Positions 1 to 11,168 are shown, counted from the first letter of the stretch. The stretch: DNA of 59,418 bases from Chiloscyllium plagiosum (GCF_004010195.1 NC_057750.1:14033387-14092804), one strand, 5' to 3'. Numbers and translations are program-made. Notes: generated by a model from the letters alone, not told the origin.

Positions 1-250
1 ATCTGGACAGATGCATGAGTAGATGGGGAGCAGAGAGATACAGATCCTTAGGAATTGGGCGATTTGGATCAGCGTGCATGGGAACGCGTTGCCAGCAGAG
101 GTAGTAGAGGCAGGCATGGCAGATTCATTTAAGATGCATCTGGAGCAGAGAGATACAGATCCTTAGGAATTGGGCGATTTGGATCAGCTCAAGCTTGGAG
201 GGCCAAAGGGCCTGTTCCTGGGCTGTAAATTTTCTTTGTTCTTTGTTCTT
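1..250 (+). mobile_element. CR1 LINE 3' end, internally rearranged
   Basis: CR1 ORF2 end (WNALPAEVVEAG-like, frameshifted), 3' motif GGGCCAAAGGGCCTGTTCC and (CTTTGTT)n tail; 47 bp at 27-73 is repeated at 142-188. Confidence 0.75.
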
Positions 251-540
251 AATTTTCCTGGATGAGGATGGGACCTGGCATCGGGATCAGTGGCTGCTAC
301 ATTGGCAGAGGTGACATCGGTGAGGAAGGCCCAGAAGCAAAAAATGGCACCTGAGGATTGGTAGCTTCATCTCATTGGTGGGTCTGGTGCAGGCAGCAGT
401 CGAGCAGTGGCTGAATGGTGTCATAGCAACATCGAGGTGGGCCCAGCAGCGAGTGATGCAGCTCTGACACTGGTGGTTCCAGTGCAGGCGGTCCTGAGGC
501 GATCGATGGTGCCTGGAGAGTGTCGCCTTTGACATTAAGC

Positions 541-1452
541 CAAGGATATTATTAAATTAGAGAGGGTTCAGAAAGCTGTACCATGTTGTTGCTGGGAATG
601 GAGGATTTGAGTTACATAGAACATAGAAGAATACAGCGCAGTACAGGCCCTTCGGCCCTCGATGTTGCGCCGATCCAAGCCCACCTAACCTACACTAGCC
701 CACTATCCTCCATATGCCTATCCAGTGCCCGCTTAAATGCCCATAATGAGGGAGAGTCCACCACTGCTACTGGCAGGGCATTCCATGAACTCACGACTCG
801 CTGAGTAAAGAACCTACCCCTAACATCTGTCCTATACCTACCCCCCCTTAATTTAAAGCTATGCCCCCTTGTAATAGCTGACTCCATACGAGGAAAAAGA
901 TTCTCACTGTCGACCCTATCTAAACCCCTAATCATCTTATACACCTCTATCAAGTCACCCCTAAACCTTCTTTTCTCCAATGAAAACAACCCCAAGTGCC
1001 TCAGCCTTTCCTCATACGATCTTTCTACCATACCAGGCAACATCCAGACAAAATAGACTAGGTAAGCTGGGACTTTTTTTCACTGGGGCATAGGAGTTTG
1101 AGGGGTGACCTTATTGAGGTTTATAAATTCATGAGGGGCATAGATAAGGTGAATACCTTTTCCCTGGGGAGGGGGAGTTCAAAACTAGTGGACATATTTT
1201 TAAGGTGAGAGGAGAAAGTTTTATAAAGGACAGAAGGGGCAACCATTTTACACAGAGAATGATTCATGTATGGAATGAACTGCTGGAGAAAGTGATGGAT
1301 GCAGTTACAGTAACAATATTTTAAAAACATTTGGATATGTTCATGAATAGGAAAGGTTTGGAAGAGTATGGGCTAAACACAGGCAAGTGGGACTAGTTTA
1401 ATTTGGGAACATGTTGGTCTGTTCCCATGCTGTATGACTCTATGACGATACG
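541..1452 (+). mobile_element. 5'-truncated CR1 LINE, interrupted by an antisense CR1
   Basis: KDIIKLERVQK... resumes after 1050 with LRGDLIEVYKFMRGIDKV and ends in a TATGACTC tail. Confidence 0.85.
614..1045 (-). mobile_element. Young 5'-truncated CR1 LINE
   Basis: Uninterrupted ORF 690-1043 (MLPGMVERSYEERLRHLGLFSLEKRRFRGDLIEVYK...FFTQRVVSSWNALP) matches the CR1 ORF2 C-terminus; (TTCTATG)n tail. Confidence 0.93.
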
Positions 1453-1499
1453 ACTCTGTGTATTAGAGAAGGGAACAGTCTCTGATATTTGAGTAAAAT

Positions 1500-1775
1500 G
1501 ATAGCGTTTGGATCGATGGATATTATTCTGCTATACATTTTTAAATCTTTTATATTGTGTGATGTGCAAATAGTTTAGTTTATTCTATTTTATCCTCATT
1601 TCCTTTGCATAATAAACTTCTATTTTGTTGTTAAAATCAGGTCTGTGTCATTGCATTCAACAAGTCTCACATTTTAGTGAAAGACCACATTGACAAGTTT
1701 ATAAAAAACAAATATGCATGATCTATCAAGCCAGATTTCAGTCTAGAATCTGATTTATCAACAACTTACTAACAA
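1500..1775 (+). mobile_element. Probable LTR fragment
   Basis: AATAAA signal, then TGATCTATCAAGCCAG; the same motif occurs inverted near 27260-27280. Confidence 0.4.
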
Positions 1776-2293
1776 TATTTGCTTGAGAAAAACATTTCAA
1801 TCATTGTTTTGACACTTAGAGCTGACCCTCAGTTTGAACTATTTTGTTGAGGGGATGTGGTGGGGGTGTGTCTTAGAGTTCCAGATTTCCATTTCCCTTT
1901 TTGGTGAACAGTGTTTGTCAACACTCATTCTCATTTTAAAGTGATGCCCAATTTTCTGGTGGCTCTCCCCAATTATTTTTGACACCCCAATAATGTCAAC
2001 TCTTCGGTTTGCAGGCCCAAGAAATATGAGTTTAATTTGGACAATTAATGCTCACGACTATAACTCCTTAACAGCCTTTTTGTATTCTTTGCAAAACAGA
2101 TTCACACAGGCTTGTCACAAACACGCCAAGTTTGTATAGTTTTGGTCTTGAATAATGAAACCTTGCTGTTTGGTTTTCATCCAGTTAGGGGCAATATTTC
2201 CAAGTGTACTCATCTTGCTGAAAAGACAAGTGCTATAACAAATGAATGTAGCACCTTTACAAAGTAATACAAACAGTTAGAATAACAACATAA

Positions 2294-2910
2294 AGTCATC
2301 GAGTCATACAGCACGGAAACCGACCCTGCGGTCCATCTCGTCCATGCTGATCAGACATCAAAAATTAATCTAGTCTCATTTGCCAGCATATCTCTCTAAA
2401 TCCTTCATATTCATATGCCCATCCAGATACCCCTTAAATGTTGTAATTGTACCAGCCTCCACCACCTCCTCTGGCAGCTCGTTCCATACACGCATCAGCC
2501 TCTGCGTGAAAAAGTTGCCCCTCAGGTCTCTAAAATCTTTCCCCTCTCACCTTAAAAGACATTTGGATATGTTCATGAGTAGGAAATGATTGAAAAGAAT
2601 ATGGGCTAAACGCAGGCAAGTGGGACTAGTTTGGTTTGGGAAGATGTTCAGTGCAGACTCGTTAGAGTTGCCCTCTAGTTTTGGATTCCCCTACCCTGGG
2701 AGAAAGACCTTTGTTATTCACTCTATTCATCCCCCTCATGATTTTATTAACCTCTATAAGGTCACGCCTCAGCCTCTGACGCTCAAACCCTCTACTCCTG
2801 GGAACATCCATGTAAATATTTTCTCAACCCTTTCAAGTTTAACATCTTTTCTATTGCAGGAGGTCCAGGAGTGTACAGAGTTTTTCAAACGTGGCCTAAC
2901 CAATGTCCTC
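2294..2910 (-). mobile_element. CR1 LINE 3' part containing an opposite-strand CR1 fragment (about 2554-2665)
   Basis: Reverse-complement CR1 tail AGTCATACAGCACGGAAAC and ORF2 C-terminal motifs; internal plus-strand piece KRHLDMFMSRK. Confidence 0.85.
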
Positions 2911-3037
2911 TTAACTTACCCTTATATTGGACCTTTAACATAATAAAATTCCCCTGACCCAACACAGGAACATTATAAACCAAAGTATGAAGTAGGCTTC
3001 AAGAACTGTCTTAAAGAAAGACTGTGACATCCAGGCA

Positions 3038-3310
3038 GATAGTGAGGTAAAGGAAGATAACGAGGTAGGGGAAGGTAGTGAAATAGAGGAAGCTGGGGAG
3101 ATAGAGGAAGATGATGAAATAGACAAAGATAGTGAGAAGAGGCAGGTAGTGAATTAGAGGGATGTGGTTAGATTGAGGAAGATAGTGAGGTAGAGAAAAA
3201 TAGTAAGGTAATGGATGATAATGAAATAGAGGAAAGTAGTGGAGGAAGATGGTGAAATAGAGGAAGGTAATGAATAAGAGAAAGATAGGGAGGAAAAGGA
3301 AGATAGCGAG
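3038..3310. repeat. Degenerate 18-bp purine-rich tandem repeat, about 15 units
   Basis: Units such as GATAGTGAGGTAAAGGAA, GGTAGTGAAATAGAGGAA, GATAATGAAATAGAGGAA. Confidence 0.8.
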
Positions 3311-3384
3311 TCAGAGTGATATAAGGTGGATTCTCAGTGCTTGTGACCCTAGGCAAGTAAAGGCAGGGCCACAAATGGACCATT

Positions 3385-3500
3385 AAAGCTTACCAGATCA
3401 CAAGGGCTGCTCTCGCTCTCATTAGAGAGAGAAAGATGACTGGTGGTGGTTTAACCTGAGGTTAAGAAGGAGAGTCCTTCATGGTAACGTCAGCCTGTTT
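3385..3500 (-). mobile_element. tRNA-derived SINE fragment (third family)
   Basis: GATGACTGGTGGTGGTTTAACCTGAGG motif, related to the copy at 23690-23835. Confidence 0.45.
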
Positions 3501-3859
3501 GATCATTTATATTGCAGCTAATCTAGTTTAATTAAAATTATTAAATCAAAAAGCAGAACTTCAAAGATTATTACCTGAGCCCTATGCAAATTTGCATAGG
3601 ACACATGAAATTAGATGCGTACAGGGCTCAAAGACGGGTGTGGAGGATGTGGGTTCCAAGGTTCTGATTACCTTAACCCTAAATCTGTTGAAACTTTTCT
3701 TAAAGACATTGATTGCCTGGGTGATCTGCAAATCTCCAACATTTTCAAGTTTACTGAACATGGGTAAAACGACAAGAAAGTTAAAAATGAAGACAAATTT
3801 TCCTGTCAAAGGGCAGATGCAGGGACAATAGATTGACCAGTCTCTTGATATGCCATTTT

Positions 3860-4075
3860 TAGATTAGTTCATGGGATGTGGGTGTCGCTGACTGGGCCCA
3901 GCAGCTGTTGCTTGTCCCTAGATGCCCCTTGAGAAGGTGAGGTGAGCTGCTTTCTTGAGTCACCATAGTCTGTGTGCGGTAGGTAGGGACAAAGTTCCGT
4001 GGGTTTGATCCAGCCACACTAAAGGAATGGTGATATACTTCCAAGTCAGAGGTGGCATGGAGCAGAACTCCAAGA
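3860..4075 (-). mobile_element. 3' end of a second CR1-group LINE family ('family B')
   Basis: Minus strand ends CAGCGACACCCACATCCCATGAA; the same tail is found at 31805-32056 and on SINE family 2. Confidence 0.7.
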
Positions 4076-4697
4076 GTCAAGAAAAACTGTAACAAATTGC
4101 ACAAAATAACAGTGTGATAAAGAAAAAGATTGCAGGAACATTGACCCAAGCAAAAATTTAATTAAGATAAAATACATTTAGCGCCAGTGGTCTGTATTAT
4201 CTTCCTTCCCTGAGACTTATCGTTCCTTGCGTGTGAAATTTAAAAAGATCCAGCCGTTACTCATGTGTAAGGAACAGCCAACATCGAAAATGCATTTGGT
4301 AACACTGTCTGAATTTCAAAAGAACTGGAACAGCAGGAGACTGCAAGAGCCAGCAACTTCTTTTAATATAATAGCATCTTCTCGCCAAACACATGTAAGA
4401 CAAACTGTGCGGTGATTCAAGGACTGCAATGGAAAAAGAAAGGCAAACTTCTTATTGCGGCTAGTAAAAGTTTCCTTGTTTCAACATGCAAATTCGCGAT
4501 GGCTTTCAGCTTCTCTTTCGGTAAAGCAATCTCTGACAAAACGTCACCAGAAACAACTCAAGACCCTCAATGTGACAGTGCTACAAGGGTAGCAGTTCTG
4601 TAAATTTAATCCTGTGATTTGAGCATTCCCAGCCAGGCCAGCAATTATTGCCCACCCATAATTGGCCGAGAAAACGTGTTGTTGAACCACCGTGATG

Positions 4698-5784
4698 TTG
4701 ATTTGATTTCACTTATTTATTGTCACGTGTATCTTGTTGCAAGATACTCTCTGGTACCATCTTAAAAACAGGGAAATAAATCCAAAACATCGACTCTAAA
4801 GGCAGAAAAATTATGAAATAAAGAAAGTGTCTAACTTTACAGTCCTTCTTGTTACGGGTAGGGCTTATACAATTAATATTAGGGCCTTGGGCAGTGTGGA
4901 TAAAGAGTGGAACCGGAAAAAGCACAGCAGGTCAAGCAGAATCAGAGGAGCGGGAGAGTCAATGTTCAAGGTCAGAACCTTCCATCAAACTCAAACTCTC
5001 TCTGACACTGACACTATGAGTTCATGCTGTTGGGCCCACTTGAGTCTGTGCTGCGGGGCCTCTTTGAGTCTGTGCTGCGGGGCCTCTTCGAGTCCATGCT
5101 GCTGGGCCTACTCGAGACTGTGCTGCTGGGCCTACTTGACTCTGTGCTGCTGGGCCTACTTGAGCACACACTGCTGGGCCTACTTGAGTCTGCGCTGCTG
5201 GACCGACTCAAGTCTGTGCTGCTGGGCCTACTTGAGCCCACACTGCTGGGCCTACTTGAGTCTGCGCTGCTGAACCTACTCAAGTCTGTCCTGCTGGGCC
5301 TACGCAAGTCCATGCTACTGGGCCTACTCAAGACTGCGCTGCTGGGCCTACTTGAGCCCGCAAAGCTGAACCTACTTGACTGCACGCTGCTAGGCCTAAT
5401 CAAGTCCACGCTGCTTGGCGTAATCAACTCTGCACTGCTGGGCCTACTTGATTCTGCACTGCTAACCCTACTCGAGTTCACATTGCTAGGCCTGCATGAG
5501 TCTGCACTGCTGAGCCTACCCAAGACTGCGCTGCTGGGCCTACTCGAGACTGCACTGTTGGGCCTACCAGAGCCTGCGCTGCTGGGCCTACTCGAGTCCA
5601 CGCTGCTGGGTTCACTTGCCACCGCCAATGCCATCACTGTGATCAAGCTCTTCACCAAGAGGTAAGTAAAATCAAATAGAAGATAAAATGAATGAGAGAA
5701 GAGAAAAAAAAAGAAACAATAAGAAAAGCGGACAGAGTGGATGAGCCCAGGACTCAGAAGACCTACTCCGCCACCATCTTACCA
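4698..5784 (-). mobile_element. Composite non-autonomous retroposon: AAGATGG head + VNTR + Rex1-like tail
   Basis: Minus strand begins AAGATGGTGGCGGAG and ends TACACGTGACAATAAA plus (AAATC)n, like the Rex1 tails at 22562 and 45644; it splits a family-B LINE tail. Confidence 0.6.
5018..5617. repeat. 24-bp minisatellite, 25 units, no indels
   Basis: Consensus about GAGTCTGCGCTGCTGGGCCTACTC; phase is kept exactly from 5018 to 5617. Confidence 0.97.
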
Positions 5785-6139
5785 GATGTGTTTAGGATGT
5801 AGGGATTCCCTCAGTGGTGTCAAGGAGGGAATTCGAGGACTGTAGCACAACCATGATACTATAGTCCCAAGAAAGCAAGGTCTGTGGTTTGGAGATGAAC
5901 TTTCAAATGGCAGTATTTTGATAGTAAGGTCGTAAGGTTAGAAAGTGCTCTCTATGCATCTTTGGTGATTTGCTGTCTTGCATTTTGCATGCATCATTAT
6001 CTAAGTCCTTCTGTAACCTCCCTGCTTCCTCAACACGACCTGACTCTCCACCTACCTTTGTGTCATCTGCAAACTTGGCAACAATGCCCTCATTTTACCC
6101 AACGATCTGAATGAAGATCTACTGAGAGGCCTGGTGGTC

Positions 6140-6340
6140 CATCGATGGAACTCATTGCTGCAGAAGACTGTGGAGGCCAAGTCATTAAATGTCTTTAAGA
6201 CAGAGAAAAATGGTTAAAGGCTCAAGGATTACAGGGAGAAGACAGGAGAATGGAGTTAAGTGTATCAGCCATGCTTAAATGGTGGAGCTGACTCGATGGG
6301 CCAAATGGCCTAATTCTGCTACTATGTCTTATGGTCTGTC
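6140..6340 (+). mobile_element. CR1 LINE 3' end
   Basis: WNSLLQKTVEAKSLNVFK, then GACTCGATGGGCCAAATGGCCT and TCTTATGG tail. Confidence 0.8.
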
Positions 6341-7510
6341 ACTGTGTGCAATGGTGGAGGGAATTAATGTTGAAGCTGGTGATGATGTGCCAATCAAGCC
6401 ATCTGCTTTGTCCAAAATGGTGTTGAGCATCTTGAGTGTTGTTGGAGCTGACTTCATTCAAGAAATTGGAGAGTGCTCCTTAATATTCTAGACTTGTGCC
6501 TTGTAGATGATGGAAAGGGTTTGGAGAGACAGGAGGTGATTACATTTTCACAGAATTCCCAACTTCTAATTAACTCTTGTAGCTACTGTATTTAAATAGT
6601 GAGTTCAGTTTCTTTTCTAGTCAATGGTAACCTCCAGGATGTTGATAACACAGGGTGGATGGGGATGGAATTCAGTGATGTCACTGAATGTCAAGGAGCC
6701 CTCTCTCATTAGAGGGCGAGTCATTGTCTGACACTTCTGTAGCATAAATGTGATTAGCCACTTGTCGCCCCAAACCTATTGTTGTCCAGGTCTTACTGAA
6801 TTTAGACATTGACTGCTTCAGTATCTGAGAAGTCACAAATGCTGAACATCGTGCCATCATCAGAAAACAATCCCATTTCTGAGCTAATGATAGAGGAAAG
6901 GTCATTGAAGAAGCTGCTAAAGATGTTTAGACCTACAATCTCAGATACTTCTGTAGTAATATCTTGGGACTGAGATGATTGATCTCCAATAACCACAGCT
7001 CCCTTTATCTGTGCTCTATGTGACTCCAGCCAGCAGAGGATTTCTCCCATGGTTCTCATTGGTTTCAGTATTGAAAGCTAAGACTCCTTGATTTCACATT
7101 TGATCAAACACTGCCTTCATATCAGGGTTGTTACTCATACCTTATTTCTTTAACTTTTAGTTGAGATCACGAGATCAGGAGCTCAGTGGTCCTGGCGGAA
7201 CCTAACCTAAGCAAGAGCGAGCAGGTTATTACTGAGCGTCATATCACTGCTTGTGGCACCTTCAATGATTTTCCTGGTGATTGAGAGCAGATTGATGGGG
7301 TGGTGATTAGCCAGACTGGATTTGCCCTTCTTTTGGTGTACAGGACACACTGGGCAACTTTTCACATTGGCAGGTTGTTGTGGTTGTACTGGAACAGCTT
7401 TAGCGAGGGCCACAGAAGGTTCTGGAACACAAGTCTTCATTAGTACTGCTGAATGTTGTCAGGGCCCAAAGCCAGGATTCATGCCTTCAGCCACTCAAGT
7501 GAATCGGACT
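6340..7510 (-). mobile_element. Decayed family-B LINE, reverse transcriptase region
   Basis: Minus-strand remnants ANHHPINLLSITRKIIEG, CWLESHRAQIKGAVVIGDQSSQ, FNDLSSIISSEMGLFSDDGTMFS (FADD motif). Confidence 0.85.
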
Positions 7511-8247
7511 CAAGCTGAGGAATTCGCACAACTGGCTCCTGGTTATTGGGAAACAACAGCTCAGTTTCAAATAACAGAACTTCAATAATATGGCCACATT
7601 TCATTCCAAAGCTGTCTGTGTAAGTACATCATGGGAATCAAGATTCAAACCCAGATATTAATGGCACAACACAATGAAATAAAAACTGTAAAACAACTTG
7701 GATACTGTTCCATGTCATGTGGCACACCTTCATTAAACTTCAAAGCAATAGTACATACTCATAAGGAGACTGGTTGCTTAGGGTCCCATCCCAGGTGACG
7801 AGTTCATTAACAGTTCTCGTGGTATGTCTCCTGCAGCACCGAACAATCTGGCCTGTCCTGGCTGCAGTGTTGCGTTGTTTATAAGGACTTTTCTGAAATC
7901 CCTTCTCTTACTTTGAGTGTCCAATACCAAGTAGCATCTGGACTTTGCCTGGCTAATTGACTTTCAAGTTCATTACTGTCCTGTCCGAAGCCATAAGCAG
8001 ATGTATAGGTCCTGCGTTTCTTTTGAGGCTCTCCTTGAACAGACACAGTCTAGAGTGTTATTTCCAACTCCCTTAACTCTTTCAATGCTGGAGTGAAGAA
8101 GGAGACATCTTTATAGTCACAGGAATAATGAACTACAGAACGCTCACAGCTCCAGCATCATTTTGGAAATAACATTGCAGACTTTTGGCAAAACTCTGTG
8201 GATTTTCTTGTCCTTCTTGTTCTCATTACCCACAATGCAAGGGAATG

Positions 8248-8414
8248 AGGTTATTACTGAGCGTCATATCACTGCTGGTGGCACCTTCAATGATTTTCCT
8301 GGTGATTGAGAGCAGATTGATGGGGTGGTGATTAGCCAGACTGGATTTGCCCTTCTTTTGGTGTACAGGACACACTGGGCAACTTTTCACATTGGCGGGT
8401 TGTTGTGGTTGTAC
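8248..8414. repeat. 167-bp near-identical copy of 7223-7389
   Basis: Direct repeat at offset 1025 with only 2 mismatches seen. Confidence 0.95.
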
Positions 8415-9679
8415 CGGTGTGAGAGGGGTAAGGTTAGCATATGGGTGAAGGGGTAGAGAGGCAGATGGATGAAGGTGTTGGGGTGAAATATAGGTGGCAG
8501 TGATATGGTGGCCTGCAGGTAAGGGAGTTAGAGTGAAAGATGGGTAGCAAGGATAGGATGGCATGTGGGCGAGGGGGTAGCATGCCATGTGGGTGAGAGG
8601 ATAGGGCGGTTTGTCAGTGAGGCTGGTAAGGTAGCAGGCCAATGAGAGAGTAAAGTTGGAGAGGAGTCAGGTCAAAATCAGGTCAGGTCAGGGAGAGTCC
8701 AATCAAACTGGAGGGAAATTAGATAGTGAGCTTGGGTTCACTGGATGCAGAGTCAGCTAATGACATGGGGTCAGGTTGAAATCAGGGGACTCAGAGTGTT
8801 GGGGGAGGGGAGGGAGATAGAGGAGGGTGGAGGGGGCTGTGATAGTCTAATGGTCACCTATGAGTTAGAGTAGACTTTATCTTCCTGGCCAACTCTTCAC
8901 AAAAGTGAGTTTGAACCCTCCGAAATCTCTGACTCAAATCAAGAGGGTTTGATTTAAGGCTTGCTCGCTGGGTCTGGATGGGTTGCTCTTCAGAGAGTCA
9001 GTGTGGATTTGTTGGGCTGAAGGGCCTGTTTCCACACTGTAAACCTCCAGGTTAAATTTCATGGGTAGTCAGTGCACTGGGACTGTGCAGTGCTCCTATA
9101 GTTCATTTTCCAGGTACATCACTGTCCTCCAACTGGAAAATCTGGGACATTATTATCATTATATTGTGCACAGTATAGGAAGAGACCATTCATCCCAATG
9201 GGTCCACACTGGTGTTTCTGTTCCACATTGTCCTCCCCACCATTTGCTCTATTAGTGTATGGTTACTTTCCTTTCTTGTTCATGTGATTATCTAGTTGAT
9301 ATTAAAATGTATTTATGCTGTTCCCCCTCAACTATTCTATATAGTAGCACATTCCACCTTTTGAGAAGCCTATCAGTATTATCAGGAAAGAGATTGGGAT
9401 TCAGTTTTCCATCTTTCATAGCTTTGATTTTTTCAACAACGATGGCCCTCAGCACGTAAAGGATGATGTCAAGTCACCAGCAGGCATTTGACTGAGCACA
9501 ACAATAAACGTTGCATTAGACAACAATGTAGTCAGTCTTAGTGAACAGAGGAGTCAGGATAATTCAGGCACTTGCAAGGTAGCTCCTCACCACACATCAG
9601 AAATCTCAATGCATCAGCAGCACACTGAGCATCACCATGAATATACCACACGTTCTGAAAACCTTGGCAAGGAGCATCC

Positions 9680-9995
9680 AACCATCTCTAACTGCCCTTG
9701 AACTGAGTGGCTCACTCGAACCTTTTCAGAGGGCAGTTGAGAGTCAACCACATTGCCCTGGGTCAGCAGTCCCACGTAGGCCTGACCAGGTAAGGATGGC
9801 AGTTTCCACCCCTAAAGAACAATAATGGGTTTTTAATAAGAAACACTGATAATGTCTATGCTCCCATTACTGAGGTAGCTTTCAATTCCAGATTTATTTA
9901 TTAACTGGATTTAAATGCCCCCAGCTACTGTTGTGGGATTTGAACCTATGCCTCCAAAGTATACGACTGGATTGCTCATCCAGTGACACTGCTGT
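9680..9995 (-). mobile_element. tRNA-derived SINE family 2
   Basis: Core GGGCAGTTGAGAGTCAACCACATTGC...CCAGGTAAGGATGGCAG, shared with several other copies in the window. Confidence 0.7.
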
Positions 9996-10127
9996 AGAGA
10001 AAGGCTTTAATGATAAGTACATAAGTCTCAGAGGTAAGCTGTAATGTAACTGTTACTTCAGTAGACAGGACTCTGCTAGAAGGTTGGAACTAGCACAGCT
10101 CAGAGCCGGGAACACTGCTGTGTAATA

Positions 10128-10262
10128 AGACCATAAGACCATAAGACATAGGAGCGGAAGTAAGGCCATTCGGCCCATCGAGTCAACTCTGCCATTCAAT
10201 CATGACTGATGAGCATTTCAACTCCATTTACCCACATTCTCCCCGTAGCCCTTAATTCCTTC
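10128..10262 (-). mobile_element. CR1 3' tail
   Basis: Tandem CCATAAGA tail followed by GGCCATTCGGCCCATCGAGTC. Confidence 0.8.
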
Positions 10263-10360
10263 CGGATTAATCTTTCGGATCATATTGTTAATAACGTTGT
10301 TTAAAGTAAATCAAGGACATCAGTCTGAGCTGAAGTACAGATGAACCCACACTAAAACAT

Positions 10361-10570
10361 TAAAAATCACACAACACCCCCAGGTTATAGTCCAACAGGT
10401 TTAATTGGAAGCACTAGCTTTCGGAGCGACGCTCCTTCATCAGGTGGTTGTGGAGTATAAGATCGTAAGACACAGAATTTACAGCAAAAGTTTACAGTGT
10501 GATGCAACTGAATTGAAAAAGACCTGAATTGTTTGTTAAGTTTCTCATCTTTTAGAATGACGATGTTAGG
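10361..10570 (-). mobile_element. Penelope-like element terminal fragment (family 2)
   Basis: Minus strand: HHR core, then TAAACCTGTTGGACTATAACCTGG...GTGTGATTTTTA; related copy at 32058-32181. Confidence 0.75.
10412..10446 (-). ncRNA. Minimal type I hammerhead ribozyme motif
   Basis: CAC-CUGAUGA-A-GGAGC-GUC-GCUCC-GAAA-GC-UA-GUG: intact core, 5-bp helix II, 3-bp helix I, palindromic AGCU at helix III. Confidence 0.8.
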
Positions 10571-10848
10571 ATGAAGATGAGAGACTTAAGAAACAATCTT
10601 CAGGCTTCTATCCCAACATTTCTGGTGTCTGACCAACATTACCTCGAAGGTAACCTAGTTCTCCCCTTTTCAGCCATGCTACAGCCATCTTATTCCAATG
10701 AATTCATAGAACTGCTCCAAACTCAAAGTCAAGTAAAAAATACAATCCCTTTCTCTCCCTCAAAGCTGTGGTTATTTCCCTTAAACTTAAAAAACCCAAT
10801 AAACATTCCTGCATAAAATAAGCCCTCATCCTAGAAATGAGTTTTTTT

Positions 10849-11168
10849 TAGATTAGATTATTTACAGTGTGGAAACAGGCCCTTCGGCCCAACAAGTTCA
10901 CACCGACCCTCCAAAGAGCAACCCACCCAGACCCATTCCCATACATTTACCCCTTCACCAAACACTACGGGCAATTTAGCGTGGCCAATTCGCCTAACCT
11001 GCACATTTTTGGACTGTGGGAGGAAATCGGAGCACCCGGACGAAACCCACGCAGACACGGGGAGAATGTGCAAACTCCACACAGACAGTTGCCCTGAGGC
11101 GGGAATTGAACCTGGGTCTCTGGCGCTGTGAGGTATCAATGCTAACCACTGTGCAACCATGCCAGCCA
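10849..11168 (-). mobile_element. HE1-type V-SINE
   Basis: tRNA-like head, V-domain (GTGTGGAGTTTGCACATTCTCCCCGTGTCTGCGTGGG), CR1-like 3' end, TAATC tail. Confidence 0.93.

Noticed and set aside
3581..3830. Immunoglobulin V promoter suggested by the octamer
   Set aside because: No leader or V exon and no heptamer-nonamer RSS recognised nearby
5018..5617. CRISPR array
   Set aside because: Contiguous tandem units with no unique spacers, no cas genes, vertebrate context
5014..5665. 213-214 aa ORFs on both strands as a real leucine-rich or serine-rich protein
   Set aside because: Explained by a 24-bp unit whose common CpG mutations cannot create stops; no unique coding flank or gene context
10040..10359. 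Solo LTR (TG...CA) interrupted by a CR1 tail
   Set aside because: No TSD and no second copy in the window, so support is too weak
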